A DNA stretch of 64,000 bases, from contig CAZKXY010000001.1 in assembly GCA_964556925.1 (NCBI GenBank), positions 2,790-66,789 of the forward strand, given 5' to 3'. Origin of the DNA: an uncultured Planctomycetales bacterium. GTDB lineage: Bacteria; Omnitrophota; Gorgyraeia; Aquiviventales; Aquiviventaceae. Shown piece by piece: positions 28,492 through 37,958 of this stretch. Every line of letters begins with the position of its first letter. Within the stretch, counting starts at the first letter, position 1. A program made the translations under genes and the position numbers. The notes beneath the pieces were generated by a model. That model worked only from the letters and a program-made list of their open reading frames with translations, was not told the DNA's origin and ran no database searches.

Positions 28492-29669
28492 ACAGGTGTC
28501 AGACACCTTTCAAGGCGGGAAAAGTGTCTGACACCTGTGCGGCGGACTGGCCGCGCGTCGTCCGCAAATTCGGTCAGGCCGATGGGTGCACGATCGAGCG
28601 TCTGGGCCAGGACCAGGTGGAGGCGCTCTGCGACTTTTTCGCTCGCGCGTACGCCGACCGACCCCTCGCCCAGGCCTTCAGCGATCGGACCCTGATCCGT
28701 CGTCGATGGACGTGGTGGCACGAGGGCAATCCCGCTCGCCTCGACGCCGCGCCCCAGGCGTGGGTGTGCCGCCGCCAGGGTCAGATCATTGGACACATGG
28801 CGGCCCTGCCGGCGGTGGCGCTGGTCAACGGGCGGCCCCTGCCGGTCTGCTGGGGCGCAGACCTCATCGTGGCTCCGGAGCGGCGCCGCCACGGCCTCGG
28901 CCCCGTGCTCGTCATGACGCTCGTGCAGGCGATGCGGCAGCCGGTCATGATCGCCGGGACCAACGAGGACGCCTGCCCGATGTTCCGCCGCCTGGGGTTC
29001 GCGGATTGGGGGCGGCTGCCGCTCTACGTGCGGGTGCTCAGGCCGCGCCCGTTCTTCGACACGATGCCGTGGCCGCCGCTTGTCCGGCGGGTGACCGCCG
29101 CGGGATGGCAGGCCGCCGGCCGGGTCGCGTCTCGAGCCCCTCTCTCGCGACCAGGCGCCGTGGTGCCGTTGGAGCGGTTCGACGAGCGGTTCGATCGATG
29201 GTGGCAGCCCATCGAACGGACCTTTCCCGGCGTCATCCGGCGCACCAGCGACACCATGACCTGGCGGTATCACCAGCATCCTCACCACCACTATCAGGCC
29301 TTTGGCGCGATGTCGGCAGGGGCGCTGCGCGGGGTCGTCGTCCTGCGCCACGGCCGCTCCCGCGGCCTGCCGACAGGATTCATTACCGAGCTCCTCGCCG
29401 ATCCGAACGACCAGCAGACCATGGGGGACTTGCTGGCACACGCGCAGGAGGTCTTCACCGCCCACGCGCAGGAGGCCCCGGTGTTCATTCGATGCGCCGT
29501 CCTCCCTGGGGCGTTTGGGCGGGCCCTGCGGCGCGCCGGGTTCCTCCGGGTTCCCAGCCCGATCCATTGGATGGTGGCGCACGCTGACGGGCCCTCAGGC
29601 CTTAGCGACCTCGCGGGTCGGGACGGATGGTTCCTGAACGCGGGGGATAGCGATCTGGATGTGGTGTAG
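28488..29669 (+). CDS. GNAT-fold acyltransferase
   Basis: GQIIGH, WGADLIVAPERRRHGLG (acetyl-CoA motif A), WRY..HP, terminal GDSD; N-terminus repeat-derived. Confidence 0.8.
   Translation: MNRCQTPFKAGKVSDTCAADWPRVVRKFGQADGCTIERLGQDQVEALCDFFARAYADRPLAQAFSDRTLIRRRWTWWHEGNPARLDAAPQAWVCRRQGQIIGHMAALPAVALVNGRPLPVCWGADLIVAPERRRHGLGPVLVMTLVQAMRQPVMIAGTNEDACPMFRRLGFADWGRLPLYVRVLRPRPFFDTMPWPPLVRRVTAAGWQAAGRVASRAPLSRPGAVVPLERFDERFDRWWQPIERTFPGVIRRTSDTMTWRYHQHPHHHYQAFGAMSAGALRGVVVLRHGRSRGLPTGFITELLADPNDQQTMGDLLAHAQEVFTAHAQEAPVFIRCAVLPGAFGRALRRAGFLRVPSPIHWMVAHADGPSGLSDLAGRDGWFLNAGDSDLDVV
28492..28538. repeat. Family A double-palindrome element (in-frame N-terminus of GNAT)
   Basis: ACAGGTGTCAGACAC / GTGTCTGACACCTGT around ctttcaaggcgggaaaa. 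Confidence 0.95.
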
Positions 29670-29734
29670 GCGGTGCGCATGAGCCGCGTGCTGGTGACGG
29701 GCGGGGCGGGGTTCACCCCGCCCCGCCTCCCAAG

Positions 29735-30853
29735 ATGAGAGTCCTGGTTACCGGAGGGGCGGGGTTCATTGGGTCGCATCTGGTGGATGCCCTGGTGCGC
29801 GAGGGGCATCAGGTCCGCGTCCTCGACAACCTGGAGCCGCAGGTGCACGAGGGGCGCCAGCCGGCGTATCTGCATCCTGACGCGGAGTACCGCTGGGGCG
29901 ACCTCCGCGACCGCCAGGCGGTCCGCAAGGCGCTGGAGGGCGTCAAGGTCGTCTTCCACGAGGCCGCCGCGGTCGGCGTCGGGCAGTCCATGTACCAGAT
30001 TGAGAAGTACGTCTCCGCGAACGTCCTGGGGACGGCCGTGTTGCTGGATGTCATCGTGACGGAGCGGGTGTCGATCCACAAGCTGGTGGTCGCCAGCTCC
30101 ATGAGCCTCTACGGCGAGGGCCACTACCGGTGCGAGGCCTGCGGCCCGATGGTCATTGCGCTGCGTCCGGCCGAGCAGCTCGCCGCGCGCCAGTGGGAGC
30201 CGCGCTGCCCGCGCTGTCGCGCGGCGGTGGTTCCGCAGCCGACCCCGGAAGACAAGCCGCTTGTGCCGACGTCGGTGTACGCGGTGTCCAAACGCGACCA
30301 GGAAGAGCTCTGCCTGACGGTCGGCGCCGCGCATCAGATTCCGATGGTCGCCCTGCGCTACTTCAACGTCTATGGGAGCCGCCAGGCGCTCTCCAACCCC
30401 TACACGGGCGTCTGCGCGATCTTCTCCGCCCGCATCAAGCACGCCAAGGCGCCGCTGCTCTTCGAGGATGGCCGGCAGGCGCGCGATTTCACCCACGTGC
30501 GCGACATCGTCCACGCGAACCTGCTGGTCATGCGCGAGGCGCGCGCCGATGGCCGCGTCTTCAACGTGGCCACGGGCCTGCCGACCAGCATCCTGGACAT
30601 CGCCCGGGCGCTGATCCGCTGCTATGGCGCGGCGGTGGAGCCCCAGGTGACGCAGCAGTTCCGCGCCGGCGACATCCGGCACTGTTACGCGGACATCCGG
30701 CGGCTGCGCGAGCTGGGCTTCTCGCCGAGCGTCCGGCTTGACGACGGCCTGCGGGAGCTGGTGGCCTGGGGCAGGCAGGAGCGGGCCGACGATCGCGTGG
30801 AGCTCGCGACGCGGGAGCTGACGAAGTTCGGGCTGGTGCGCGGCCATGGCTGA
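29735..30853 (+). CDS. NAD-dependent nucleotide-sugar epimerase/dehydratase with Cys4 insert
   Basis: VTGGAGFIG, EAAAVGVGQSMY, ASSMSLYGEG, CEAC...CPRC, YAVSK, LRYFNVYG. Confidence 0.93.
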   Translation: MRVLVTGGAGFIGSHLVDALVREGHQVRVLDNLEPQVHEGRQPAYLHPDAEYRWGDLRDRQAVRKALEGVKVVFHEAAAVGVGQSMYQIEKYVSANVLGTAVLLDVIVTERVSIHKLVVASSMSLYGEGHYRCEACGPMVIALRPAEQLAARQWEPRCPRCRAAVVPQPTPEDKPLVPTSVYAVSKRDQEELCLTVGAAHQIPMVALRYFNVYGSRQALSNPYTGVCAIFSARIKHAKAPLLFEDGRQARDFTHVRDIVHANLLVMREARADGRVFNVATGLPTSILDIARALIRCYGAAVEPQVTQQFRAGDIRHCYADIRRLRELGFSPSVRLDDGLRELVAWGRQERADDRVELATRELTKFGLVRGHG

Positions 30854-32009
30854 GCCGGTCTGCGATCTCGTGCTGTTAAGCTGGAACCACCTGGAGCAGA
30901 CCCGGCCGTGCCTTGAGACGCTGGCCGGCTCCACCACCGTGCCGTGCCGTTTGTTCCTCGTGGATAACGGCAGCGAGCCCCCGGTGCGGGAGTTCCTCCG
31001 CGGCGTGCGCCCAGCCGGCGCGATCCAAGAGGTGGTGCTCCTGCAGAACGAGACAAACGAGGGCTTCCCCCGCGGGATGAACCGCGGCATCCGCGCCTCG
31101 CGCGCGCCGTACGTGTGCCTGCTCAACAACGACCTGCGGTTGACCACCGGCTGGCTCGAGGAGCTCGTGGCGGTGGCCGAGGCCCATCCGACCCTGGGGG
31201 TGCTCAACCCCAACACCAGCAACCTCGACAACACCCCGAAAGGGATCACGCTGGAAGCCTATGCCCAGCGCCTGCGCGCCGCGCGCGGGCAGCATCTGGA
31301 GCTGGGGATGTGCATCGGCTTCTGCATGCTCATCAAGCGGGCGGTGCTGGATGCGATCGGGGGCCTGAGCGAGGAGGTGGAGCGGATCTTTTTTGAAGAC
31401 GAGGACTTCTGCATGCGCGCGCAGCAGGCCGGCTTCCAGTGCGGAGTGGCGCTGGGCGCCTACGTGTTCCACGCCGAGCACCAGACCGTCAAGGAGCTGC
31501 CGGAGCGCGAGGCGCTCTTCGCCCGGAACCGGCGCTGGTGCCACGGCAAGTGGGGGCGCTGGGTGCGGATGGCCTGGCCGCGGTTTACGCCGGTGGTGCC
31601 GGGCTCCAGTGAGCTGCGGCACTGGCTGGAGCAGCTGCTCGGCTTCGTCAGGCGCCGCACGCTGGTCTACGTCTATGGCCCGATGCCGGACGGCTTCAGC
31701 CGCGACGGGTTGTGTCGCTCCGTGGGGCTCGTCCCGCACGCGGACCTGCGCTGGTATGCGGTGCCGCGAGCGCTGGCGCCACTCGCCGCCGCCGCGATGA
31801 TCCTCAAGCGGCGCAAGAAGCGGTTCAACGTGATCACGGCCCCGACGCCAGGCTGGGGACGGTGGATGCGACGGTTCACGCCGCTGCACGGGGCAGCGGT
31901 GGTGCCGGAAGACGATGACGCGCGGCTGCGCGCCGAGTGGGCGCGCGCCGCCTGGCGCGGGCTGGCCGAGCCGGCCGCGCCGCCGAGGGACGGGAAGACG
32001 CGGCCATGA
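30846..32009 (+). CDS. GT2 glycosyltransferase with uncharacterised C-terminal domain
   Basis: LLSWN, VDNGS, NEGFPRGMNRG, LLNND, FFEDEDFC. Confidence 0.9.
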   Translation: MAEPVCDLVLLSWNHLEQTRPCLETLAGSTTVPCRLFLVDNGSEPPVREFLRGVRPAGAIQEVVLLQNETNEGFPRGMNRGIRASRAPYVCLLNNDLRLTTGWLEELVAVAEAHPTLGVLNPNTSNLDNTPKGITLEAYAQRLRAARGQHLELGMCIGFCMLIKRAVLDAIGGLSEEVERIFFEDEDFCMRAQQAGFQCGVALGAYVFHAEHQTVKELPEREALFARNRRWCHGKWGRWVRMAWPRFTPVVPGSSELRHWLEQLLGFVRRRTLVYVYGPMPDGFSRDGLCRSVGLVPHADLRWYAVPRALAPLAAAAMILKRRKKRFNVITAPTPGWGRWMRRFTPLHGAAVVPEDDDARLRAEWARAAWRGLAEPAAPPRDGKTRP

Positions 32010-32010
32010 C

Positions 32011-32142
32011 CCCACTACCTGGGCGTGGGCCGGGTCGACGATACGGGGCGTCCGCGACCGACCCGGCCCGGGGTCGCGGCGTCTGGCTGACAACTGTGTG
32101 GGCGACCCGCCCCGCCGCAGGCGGGGCCGCCCAGGTAGTGGG
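32011..32142. mobile_element. MITE-like element, 15-bp perfect TIR, inserted at an ATGA gene junction
   Basis: CCCACTACCTGGGCG (32011-32025) / CGCCCAGGTAGTGGG (32128-32142); ATGA at 32006 and 32143. Confidence 0.8.
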
Positions 32143-34005
32143 ATGAGGGTTCCGGTGTCGGTGGTGATCCTCACCAAAAACGAGGCCGGCCGCATCCGCG
32201 AGTGCCTCGAGAGCGTGCGGTGGGCGGATGAGGTCCTCGTCGTCGATGACAACAGCACCGATGAGACCGTCCCGCTCGCGCAATCGCTCGGCGCCCGGGT
32301 GCTCCGGCGCACCATGGACCTCGAGGGCCGGCACCGCAACTGGGCCGCCGCCCAAGCCGCGCACGAGTGGGTCTTCAGCCTGGACGCGGACGAGCGCGTC
32401 ACCCCGGAGCTGGCGCAGGAGATCACCGCGCTGCTGCAGGGTCCTCCCGTCTACGAGACCTATGCGATCCCTCGGCGCAACTACATCGGGGACCGGTGGA
32501 TTCGGCACGGCGGCTGGTACCCCAGCGCCCAGGTGAAACTGTTCAAGAAATCGGCGTTTCGGTGGGAAGAGACCACCGTCCACCCCCGGGCCATCGGGCC
32601 GGCCGCCGGCGAGCTGACGCACGAGCTGCTTCACTACTCCTATCGTGACCTCGCGGATTTTGTCAGCAAGCTGGATCGCCAGACGACGTTGGAGTCGGAG
32701 AAGTGGGTCGCCGATGGCCGCCGCATGACGCTGGGCAAAGCCCTCTGGCGAAGCGCTGATCGGTTCTGGCGGGCCTTCGTGGGCAAGCAGGGCTGGCGGG
32801 ATGGGGTCTGGGGATTCCTCGTCGCGGTCATGGCCGGCTGCTACCAGATCCTGAGCTACGCGAAATATTGGGAGGCGCTCCTGCGCCTGCGCCACGAGCC
32901 CGCCACCTCTCCCGGCGCGCAGGAGGCGGCCGAGACGACGCCGGTCCTCTGCGACCTGATCGTGCTCACCTGGAACCGCGCGGATTTACTCCGGAGCTGC
33001 GTCGAGCGGCTCCTGGCCCATACGCCGCTTCCCAGCCGGCTCCTCATCGTGGATAACGGCAGCACCGATCCGGAGGCGTTGGGGTACCTGGACGCGCTGC
33101 GCCGGCGCCACCCGCGCGGCGTCGAGGTCATCCGGCATCCGGCCAACATCGGGATCGCCGCCGCGCTCAATGCCGGGCTGGCCCGGACCCGGGCGCCCTG
33201 GATCGGCCTGCTCAACAATGACGCCTTCGTGACCGCCGGCTGGCTGGAGGAGCTGATCGCCGTGGCGGAGTCCGACCCGTCGATCGGCCTGGTCAACCCC
33301 ATGAGCAACCAGTTCGGCCTCGCCCCCCGCGCGCGCGAAACCATCGATGCGGTCGCGCGCCGATGCCGCGCGGCCCGCGGGCGGTGGATCGAGCAGTCCC
33401 GCGCTGAGGGATTTTGCGTCGTGCTGCCCCGCCGGGTCTTCGAGCGCGTGGGCTATTGGGATGACACGCTGGGCGGGATGTTTTACGAGGACGCCGATTA
33501 CGCCCTGCGCGCGCGCCAGGCCGGGTTCCGCTCGGTGGTGGCCGAAGGGGCCTATGTCTATCATGTCGGCGGCGCAACGATCGGGCGGGACCCGGCGCGG
33601 CACGAGCGCTTCGCAGCAAGCGCCGCGCGCTTTGCTCGGAAGTGGCCCCTGGCCCAGCCGCAGCGGATGGGCTGGATCCTGGGGCGCGAACGCGGCCCTG
33701 CGCTGACGCCCGCGGCCTGCGCCATCCGCGAGCTGGCGAACGCGGGCCACAAGCTCTGGGTGTTCGGCGCCGCCGGCCAGGTGCGCGAGCTGCCCCGGCA
33801 TCTGCAGGTCGTCCCGGTGACGCTGCCGCGGGTCGGCGGATCCCTCGTCGCGCTGTGGCGGATCCTGACCAAGAAAAAACGCTTCCAGCGGATCGTCGTC
33901 GAGCCGGGCGCACTCGCGCGCGCGGTGAGGAGCCTCACCCCGCTGCACCGGGCGATGGTGGAGCCGCCTCCGGTCCGGCAGGACTCGCCTGATGGCGTCC
34001 CGTGA
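32143..34005 (+). CDS. Double GT2 fusion (WaaE/KdtX-like + second GT2 + C-terminal domain)
   Basis: SVVILTKNE...LDADE...HGGWYP; second domain IVLTWN, VDNGS, LLNND, FYEDADY. Confidence 0.9.
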   Translation: MRVPVSVVILTKNEAGRIRECLESVRWADEVLVVDDNSTDETVPLAQSLGARVLRRTMDLEGRHRNWAAAQAAHEWVFSLDADERVTPELAQEITALLQGPPVYETYAIPRRNYIGDRWIRHGGWYPSAQVKLFKKSAFRWEETTVHPRAIGPAAGELTHELLHYSYRDLADFVSKLDRQTTLESEKWVADGRRMTLGKALWRSADRFWRAFVGKQGWRDGVWGFLVAVMAGCYQILSYAKYWEALLRLRHEPATSPGAQEAAETTPVLCDLIVLTWNRADLLRSCVERLLAHTPLPSRLLIVDNGSTDPEALGYLDALRRRHPRGVEVIRHPANIGIAAALNAGLARTRAPWIGLLNNDAFVTAGWLEELIAVAESDPSIGLVNPMSNQFGLAPRARETIDAVARRCRAARGRWIEQSRAEGFCVVLPRRVFERVGYWDDTLGGMFYEDADYALRARQAGFRSVVAEGAYVYHVGGATIGRDPARHERFAASAARFARKWPLAQPQRMGWILGRERGPALTPAACAIRELANAGHKLWVFGAAGQVRELPRHLQVVPVTLPRVGGSLVALWRILTKKKRFQRIVVEPGALARAVRSLTPLHRAMVEPPPVRQDSPDGVP

Positions 34006-34894
34006 ACCCCGCCCCACGGCCTGCCCGCCCCGCTCCGCTGGAGCGGGCCAGCGATCTCACCCGCTCGATGAACGGGCTGGGCTCACAGGCGGGGCTTCCG
34101 TGGGGCGGGGTGAACGGCTGACCGCGCTGCTCTTGACGAAGAACGAGGAAGCGCAATTGCGGCGCTGCCTGGACAGCGTCCGGTGGGCCGATGAGGTCGT
34201 GGTCGTCGATGGCCAGAGCACCGACCGCACCCCCCAGATCGCTCGAGACTACGGCGCAACCGTGGTGTCGCGGCCGTTCAGCGGCTCCTTCGCCGAGGAG
34301 CGCAACGCCGGCCTGGCGGTCGCCACCGGCGACTGGGTGCTCCAGATGGACGCGGACGAGCAGGTCAGCCCGGGCCTGCGCGCGGCGATCGAGCGGCTCT
34401 TGGCCGACGGCTCGCCCCACGCGGCGTTCAAGCTGAGGCGGCTCAACACGTTCCTCGGCCGGACGATGCGCCACGGTGGCTGGTACCACTACCACACGGC
34501 GCTGTTCCGCCGGCAGGGCGCGCGGTACGAGGGGCTGGTGCATGAGCGGCTGCGCCACCAGGGGAGCGTGGGCGTCCTGGAGGCGGACCTGTGCCACGAG
34601 CCGTTTCAGTCGATCAGCCAGTTCCTCGCGCGCCAGAACCGCTACACCAGTCTGCAGGCGCGCGAGCTGTTCGAGCGCCAGGGGCGACTGCCGCTGGCGC
34701 GCGTGAGGCGCCAATTGTGGGCCCGCCCGCTCAAGCTGTTCTGGAAAGCGTACGTCAAGAAGCAGGGCTTCCGCGAGGGCCGGCACGGCTTGATGTTCTC
34801 GATCCTGTTTGCGTGGGTGGATTTCCTCTTGTGGGCCAAGTATTGGGAACTGGTCTGGGCGGGATCCAGCGGAGACGCGCGCCGCCATGCGTGA
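33992..34894 (+). CDS. WaaE/KdtX-like GT2 glycosyltransferase with 36-aa repeat-derived N-terminal insert
   Basis: LLTKNEE, MDADE, HGGWY, VHE, KQGFREG, WAKYWE. Confidence 0.9.
   Translation: MASREPRPTACPPRSAGAGQRSHPLDERAGLTGGASVGRGERLTALLLTKNEEAQLRRCLDSVRWADEVVVVDGQSTDRTPQIARDYGATVVSRPFSGSFAEERNAGLAVATGDWVLQMDADEQVSPGLRAAIERLLADGSPHAAFKLRRLNTFLGRTMRHGGWYHYHTALFRRQGARYEGLVHERLRHQGSVGVLEADLCHEPFQSISQFLARQNRYTSLQARELFERQGRLPLARVRRQLWARPLKLFWKAYVKKQGFREGRHGLMFSILFAWVDFLLWAKYWELVWAGSSGDARRHA
34006..34111. repeat. In-frame palindromic insertion, 14-bp IR, GTGAAC direct repeat
   Basis: ACCCCGCCCCACGG (34006-34019) / CCGTGGGGCGGGGT (34098-34111); GTGAAC at 34002 and 34110. Confidence 0.8.
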
Positions 34895-36419
34895 GCGGTC
34901 GCGGCCGGACTGGGTCATCGCCGGGCTCTTCGCCCTGGCCGGCCTCCTGCTCCTCGCCAACCTGGAGAACGGCTTGCTGTGGCAGGACGAGGCGGAAACG
35001 GCGCTGCTGGCCCGTCACGTCTTGCGCTTCGGCTACCCTCGGGCGTTCGACGGCCGCCATTGGCTTGAGCTGGCCGGCTACGGCTTTGGGCCCGGGGAGG
35101 CCTGGATCTACAGCCCCTGGCTGCCGTTCTATCTGCTCGCCGGCGTGTTTGCGCTGGCGGGCGAGGCGACCTGGATCGCCCGGCTGCCCTTCGCCCTGTG
35201 CGGGCTGGCCACGGTCTGGCTCACCTGGCGGCTGGCCTGTCGCCTGACGCCCGATGCGCGGATCCAGCGCCTCAGCGTGGCGCTGCTCGCCTGCTCGGTG
35301 CCGTTCCTGCTGCACATGCGGCAGTGCCGCTACTACGCCATGGCGACGGCGCTGTTGACCGCCGTCTGCCTCGCCTACCTGAACTTCCTCGCGCGCCCGT
35401 CCCTCCGCCGGGCCGCGGCCCTGACGCTGAGCCTGGTGCTGTTGTTTCACACGAACTTCGGGACGTTCCTGCCCGCGCTCGCCGCGCTGTTCCTCCATCA
35501 GGCCGTCTGGGGCACCCGGCAGACCAGCCGCCCCTTCCTCTGGAGCCTGGGGCTGGTCGTGCTGGTGACGTTTCCCTGGGCCCTGTACTTCTATCAGCCC
35601 GCCTTCCTTGGGGAGCTGTCGCCTGCGCGGGTATACCGGCATCTCGAATACTACGTGCGGATCACCAACAAGTACCTGATGCCGCTGGCGGCGATGGCGG
35701 CGACGTCGCTCGGCTTCCTCCTCTGGCGCGGGCGGGCCGCGTCCCTGCGGGCCGTCCCCTCCACCCCGCCCTTAAGGGCGGGGTCCACCCTGCCGCCTTC
35801 GATCCGCTGGTGGCTCATCCTGCTGGTGGGGCTGCAGGTGGCGTTCCTGACGCTGCCGGACCAGCGGCATATGCGCTACCTCATCCCGGCGCTGCCCGTG
35901 TTGGTGATCGCCGAGGCCTGGTGGCTGGCGTCCCTGGGGTTGCGCAACGGTCGGCGATCCCTCGGATGGGTGCTGGTGGCGCTGGCCGTGCTCACGAACG
36001 CCTTGCAAGCGGTGCCGCCGTCCATCCCCCTGCTGGATCTTGCGGAGGAGCTCACCCATCCGTACATCGGGCCGATGGAGGGCGTGGTGGGGTATCTGCG
36101 CGCCCACGGACGGCCCGGCCAGGTGGTGAAGATCCCCTACGATGACCGGACCCTGATCTTTTACACGGACCTGACGATCCAGCGTCCCTCAGAATTCCTG
36201 CGGGAGACCTACCCCGATTGGGTGGTCATCCGGCGCGGCTGGACCCCGGCCCACTTTTTCAAGTCCGCGCAGTACCGCCGGCTTGAAGCCACGTACGAGC
36301 GGATTGACTTGGATGCGCCGGACGCCTTTTGGCAGAACCGGGAGGACCCGGGCTTGCATCACTTCCGGCGGGCGTGGTGGCCCCCGCCCGTCCTCATGTT
36401 CCGGAAGCGGGTGGGATGA
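34887..36419 (+). CDS. GT-C fold polyprenyl-P-sugar-dependent transferase (ArnT/PMT-like)
   Basis: LWQDEAET, ARLPFALCG, RQCRYYA, RHMRYLIPALP, many TM helices. Confidence 0.82.
   Translation: MRERSRPDWVIAGLFALAGLLLLANLENGLLWQDEAETALLARHVLRFGYPRAFDGRHWLELAGYGFGPGEAWIYSPWLPFYLLAGVFALAGEATWIARLPFALCGLATVWLTWRLACRLTPDARIQRLSVALLACSVPFLLHMRQCRYYAMATALLTAVCLAYLNFLARPSLRRAAALTLSLVLLFHTNFGTFLPALAALFLHQAVWGTRQTSRPFLWSLGLVVLVTFPWALYFYQPAFLGELSPARVYRHLEYYVRITNKYLMPLAAMAATSLGFLLWRGRAASLRAVPSTPPLRAGSTLPPSIRWWLILLVGLQVAFLTLPDQRHMRYLIPALPVLVIAEAWWLASLGLRNGRRSLGWVLVALAVLTNALQAVPPSIPLLDLAEELTHPYIGPMEGVVGYLRAHGRPGQVVKIPYDDRTLIFYTDLTIQRPSEFLRETYPDWVVIRRGWTPAHFFKSAQYRRLEATYERIDLDAPDAFWQNREDPGLHHFRRAWWPPPVLMFRKRVG
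35763..35784. repeat. Perfect 22-bp palindrome inside the GT-C gene
   Basis: ACCCCGCCCTTAAGGGCGGGGT. Confidence 0.7.
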
Positions 36420-37150
36420 CCGCCAGGCCGCAGCTGTCCGTCGTCATCCCGGTCTACAACGAGGCCGACGTGCTCCGCCAGACGGTGCGGGAGGTGGCGG
36501 CGTACCTGACCGCGTCGCAGCTTGCCCACGAGATCCTCTTGGTGGATGACGGCTCAACCGACGGGACGCCGGCGATCGCCCGGCAGCTGGCGCGCGATCT
36601 GCCCGGGGTCCGCCTCATCCAGGCGTCGCACCAGGGCAAAGGGGCGGCGGTCAAGCGGGGCGCGCTGGACGCCGTCGGCGCCTGGGTGCTGTTCATGGAT
36701 GCGGACCACTCCACCCGGATCGAGGAGCTCCGGAAGTGCCTGCCGGGCCTGACGGACGGCTTCGAGGTTGTGATCGGCTCGCGCAAGATTCCAGGTGCCG
36801 ACGTGCGCGTCCATCAGCCGGCGCTGCGCGAAGCGATGGGCAAGGTCTTCACCTGGCTGACCAACACGCTCCTAGGCACGCGGGTCTCCGACATCACCTG
36901 CGGCTTTAAGTGCTTCCAGGCCGACGCGGCCCGGCGGATTTTCTCCCTCCAGCGGTTGACCGGCTGGGGGTTCGACGCGGAGATTTTGTTTATCGCGCGG
37001 CGCTTGGGTCTTCGGATCACCGAGGTGCCGGTGGTCTGGCAGGATCACGCCTCCACCAAGGTGCGGCTGGTCAAGGACGCGGTAGGCTCGTGCCTCGAGC
37101 TCGTCCGGATCCGCCTCGGCGCCTGGCGCGGCCACTACGCGGAGCCGTGA
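36416..37150 (+). CDS. Dolichyl-phosphate glucosyltransferase-like GT2
   Basis: SVVIPVYNE, VDDGSTD, GKGAAVKRG, MDAD, DITCGFK, GWGFDAEIL. Confidence 0.92.
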   Translation: MTARPQLSVVIPVYNEADVLRQTVREVAAYLTASQLAHEILLVDDGSTDGTPAIARQLARDLPGVRLIQASHQGKGAAVKRGALDAVGAWVLFMDADHSTRIEELRKCLPGLTDGFEVVIGSRKIPGADVRVHQPALREAMGKVFTWLTNTLLGTRVSDITCGFKCFQADAARRIFSLQRLTGWGFDAEILFIARRLGLRITEVPVVWQDHASTKVRLVKDAVGSCLELVRIRLGAWRGHYAEP

Positions 37151-37154
37151 GGCC

Positions 37155-37958
37155 ATGCAGAAGCTGGCGCGAAAGATCCTGCGGGCGGTTGCGGATTACG
37201 ACCCGGACTATTACGATATGTATGCGGACCCGAACGAGGCCGCGTTTGCCACGCTCTATCTCACGCGGATTACGCGTCATGCCGAGGCGGCCGGCATCCG
37301 CCCGCCCGCCCGCGTGCTGGAAGCCGGCTGCCAGGCCGGGCGGCTCGTGGTGCCGCTGGCCAAGCTGGGCTTTGACGTCACCGGGATCGACACGTCAGGG
37401 TTTGCGCTGCGGCGCGCCGCGGCCCATGCCACAGCGGCCGGGGTGGACGCGGCCTGGCTCAAGGGAGACCTGGTGGACGTGTTAGCCGGCGCGGCGCCGG
37501 AGCAGTACGACCTCGTCATCTGCGCGGAGGTGGTCTACCTCAGCCCGCAGTACCGCGAGATGCTGCGGGTCCTGGCGCGCGCGGCGCGGCCGGGCGGGCT
37601 GCTCTGCGTGTCGCACCGGCCCCTGTGGTACTACCTCATCGAAGCGCTCCGGGCGCAGGATCGCGAGGCCGCGGCGGACGTGCTGCGGCGGCGCGAGGGG
37701 CCCTTTCGAGAGACCCGGTACGTGAACTGGCAGACGGAGGAGGAGCTGCGCAGCCTGTACGCGTCGTTGGGCGTGGCGTGGCTGGGGTGCTACCCGATCG
37801 ACCGGCTGGCGTGGTTGACGCAGACCGACCTGTCGCAGCTCTCGGCGGCCGAGCGGGCGGCGTGGCTCGAGCAGGAACTGACGCTGGCCGCTGAGGCCGC
37901 GACCTGCGCTCGGTACGCGCTGGTCGTGGCGCAGAAACCGCATGGGGCTGGGGGATGA
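37155..37958 (+). CDS. Class I SAM-dependent methyltransferase
   Basis: VLEAGCQAGR, VTGIDTS, YDLVICAEVVY, RPGGLL. Confidence 0.88.
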   Translation: MQKLARKILRAVADYDPDYYDMYADPNEAAFATLYLTRITRHAEAAGIRPPARVLEAGCQAGRLVVPLAKLGFDVTGIDTSGFALRRAAAHATAAGVDAAWLKGDLVDVLAGAAPEQYDLVICAEVVYLSPQYREMLRVLARAARPGGLLCVSHRPLWYYLIEALRAQDREAAADVLRRREGPFRETRYVNWQTEEELRSLYASLGVAWLGCYPIDRLAWLTQTDLSQLSAAERAAWLEQELTLAAEAATCARYALVVAQKPHGAGG

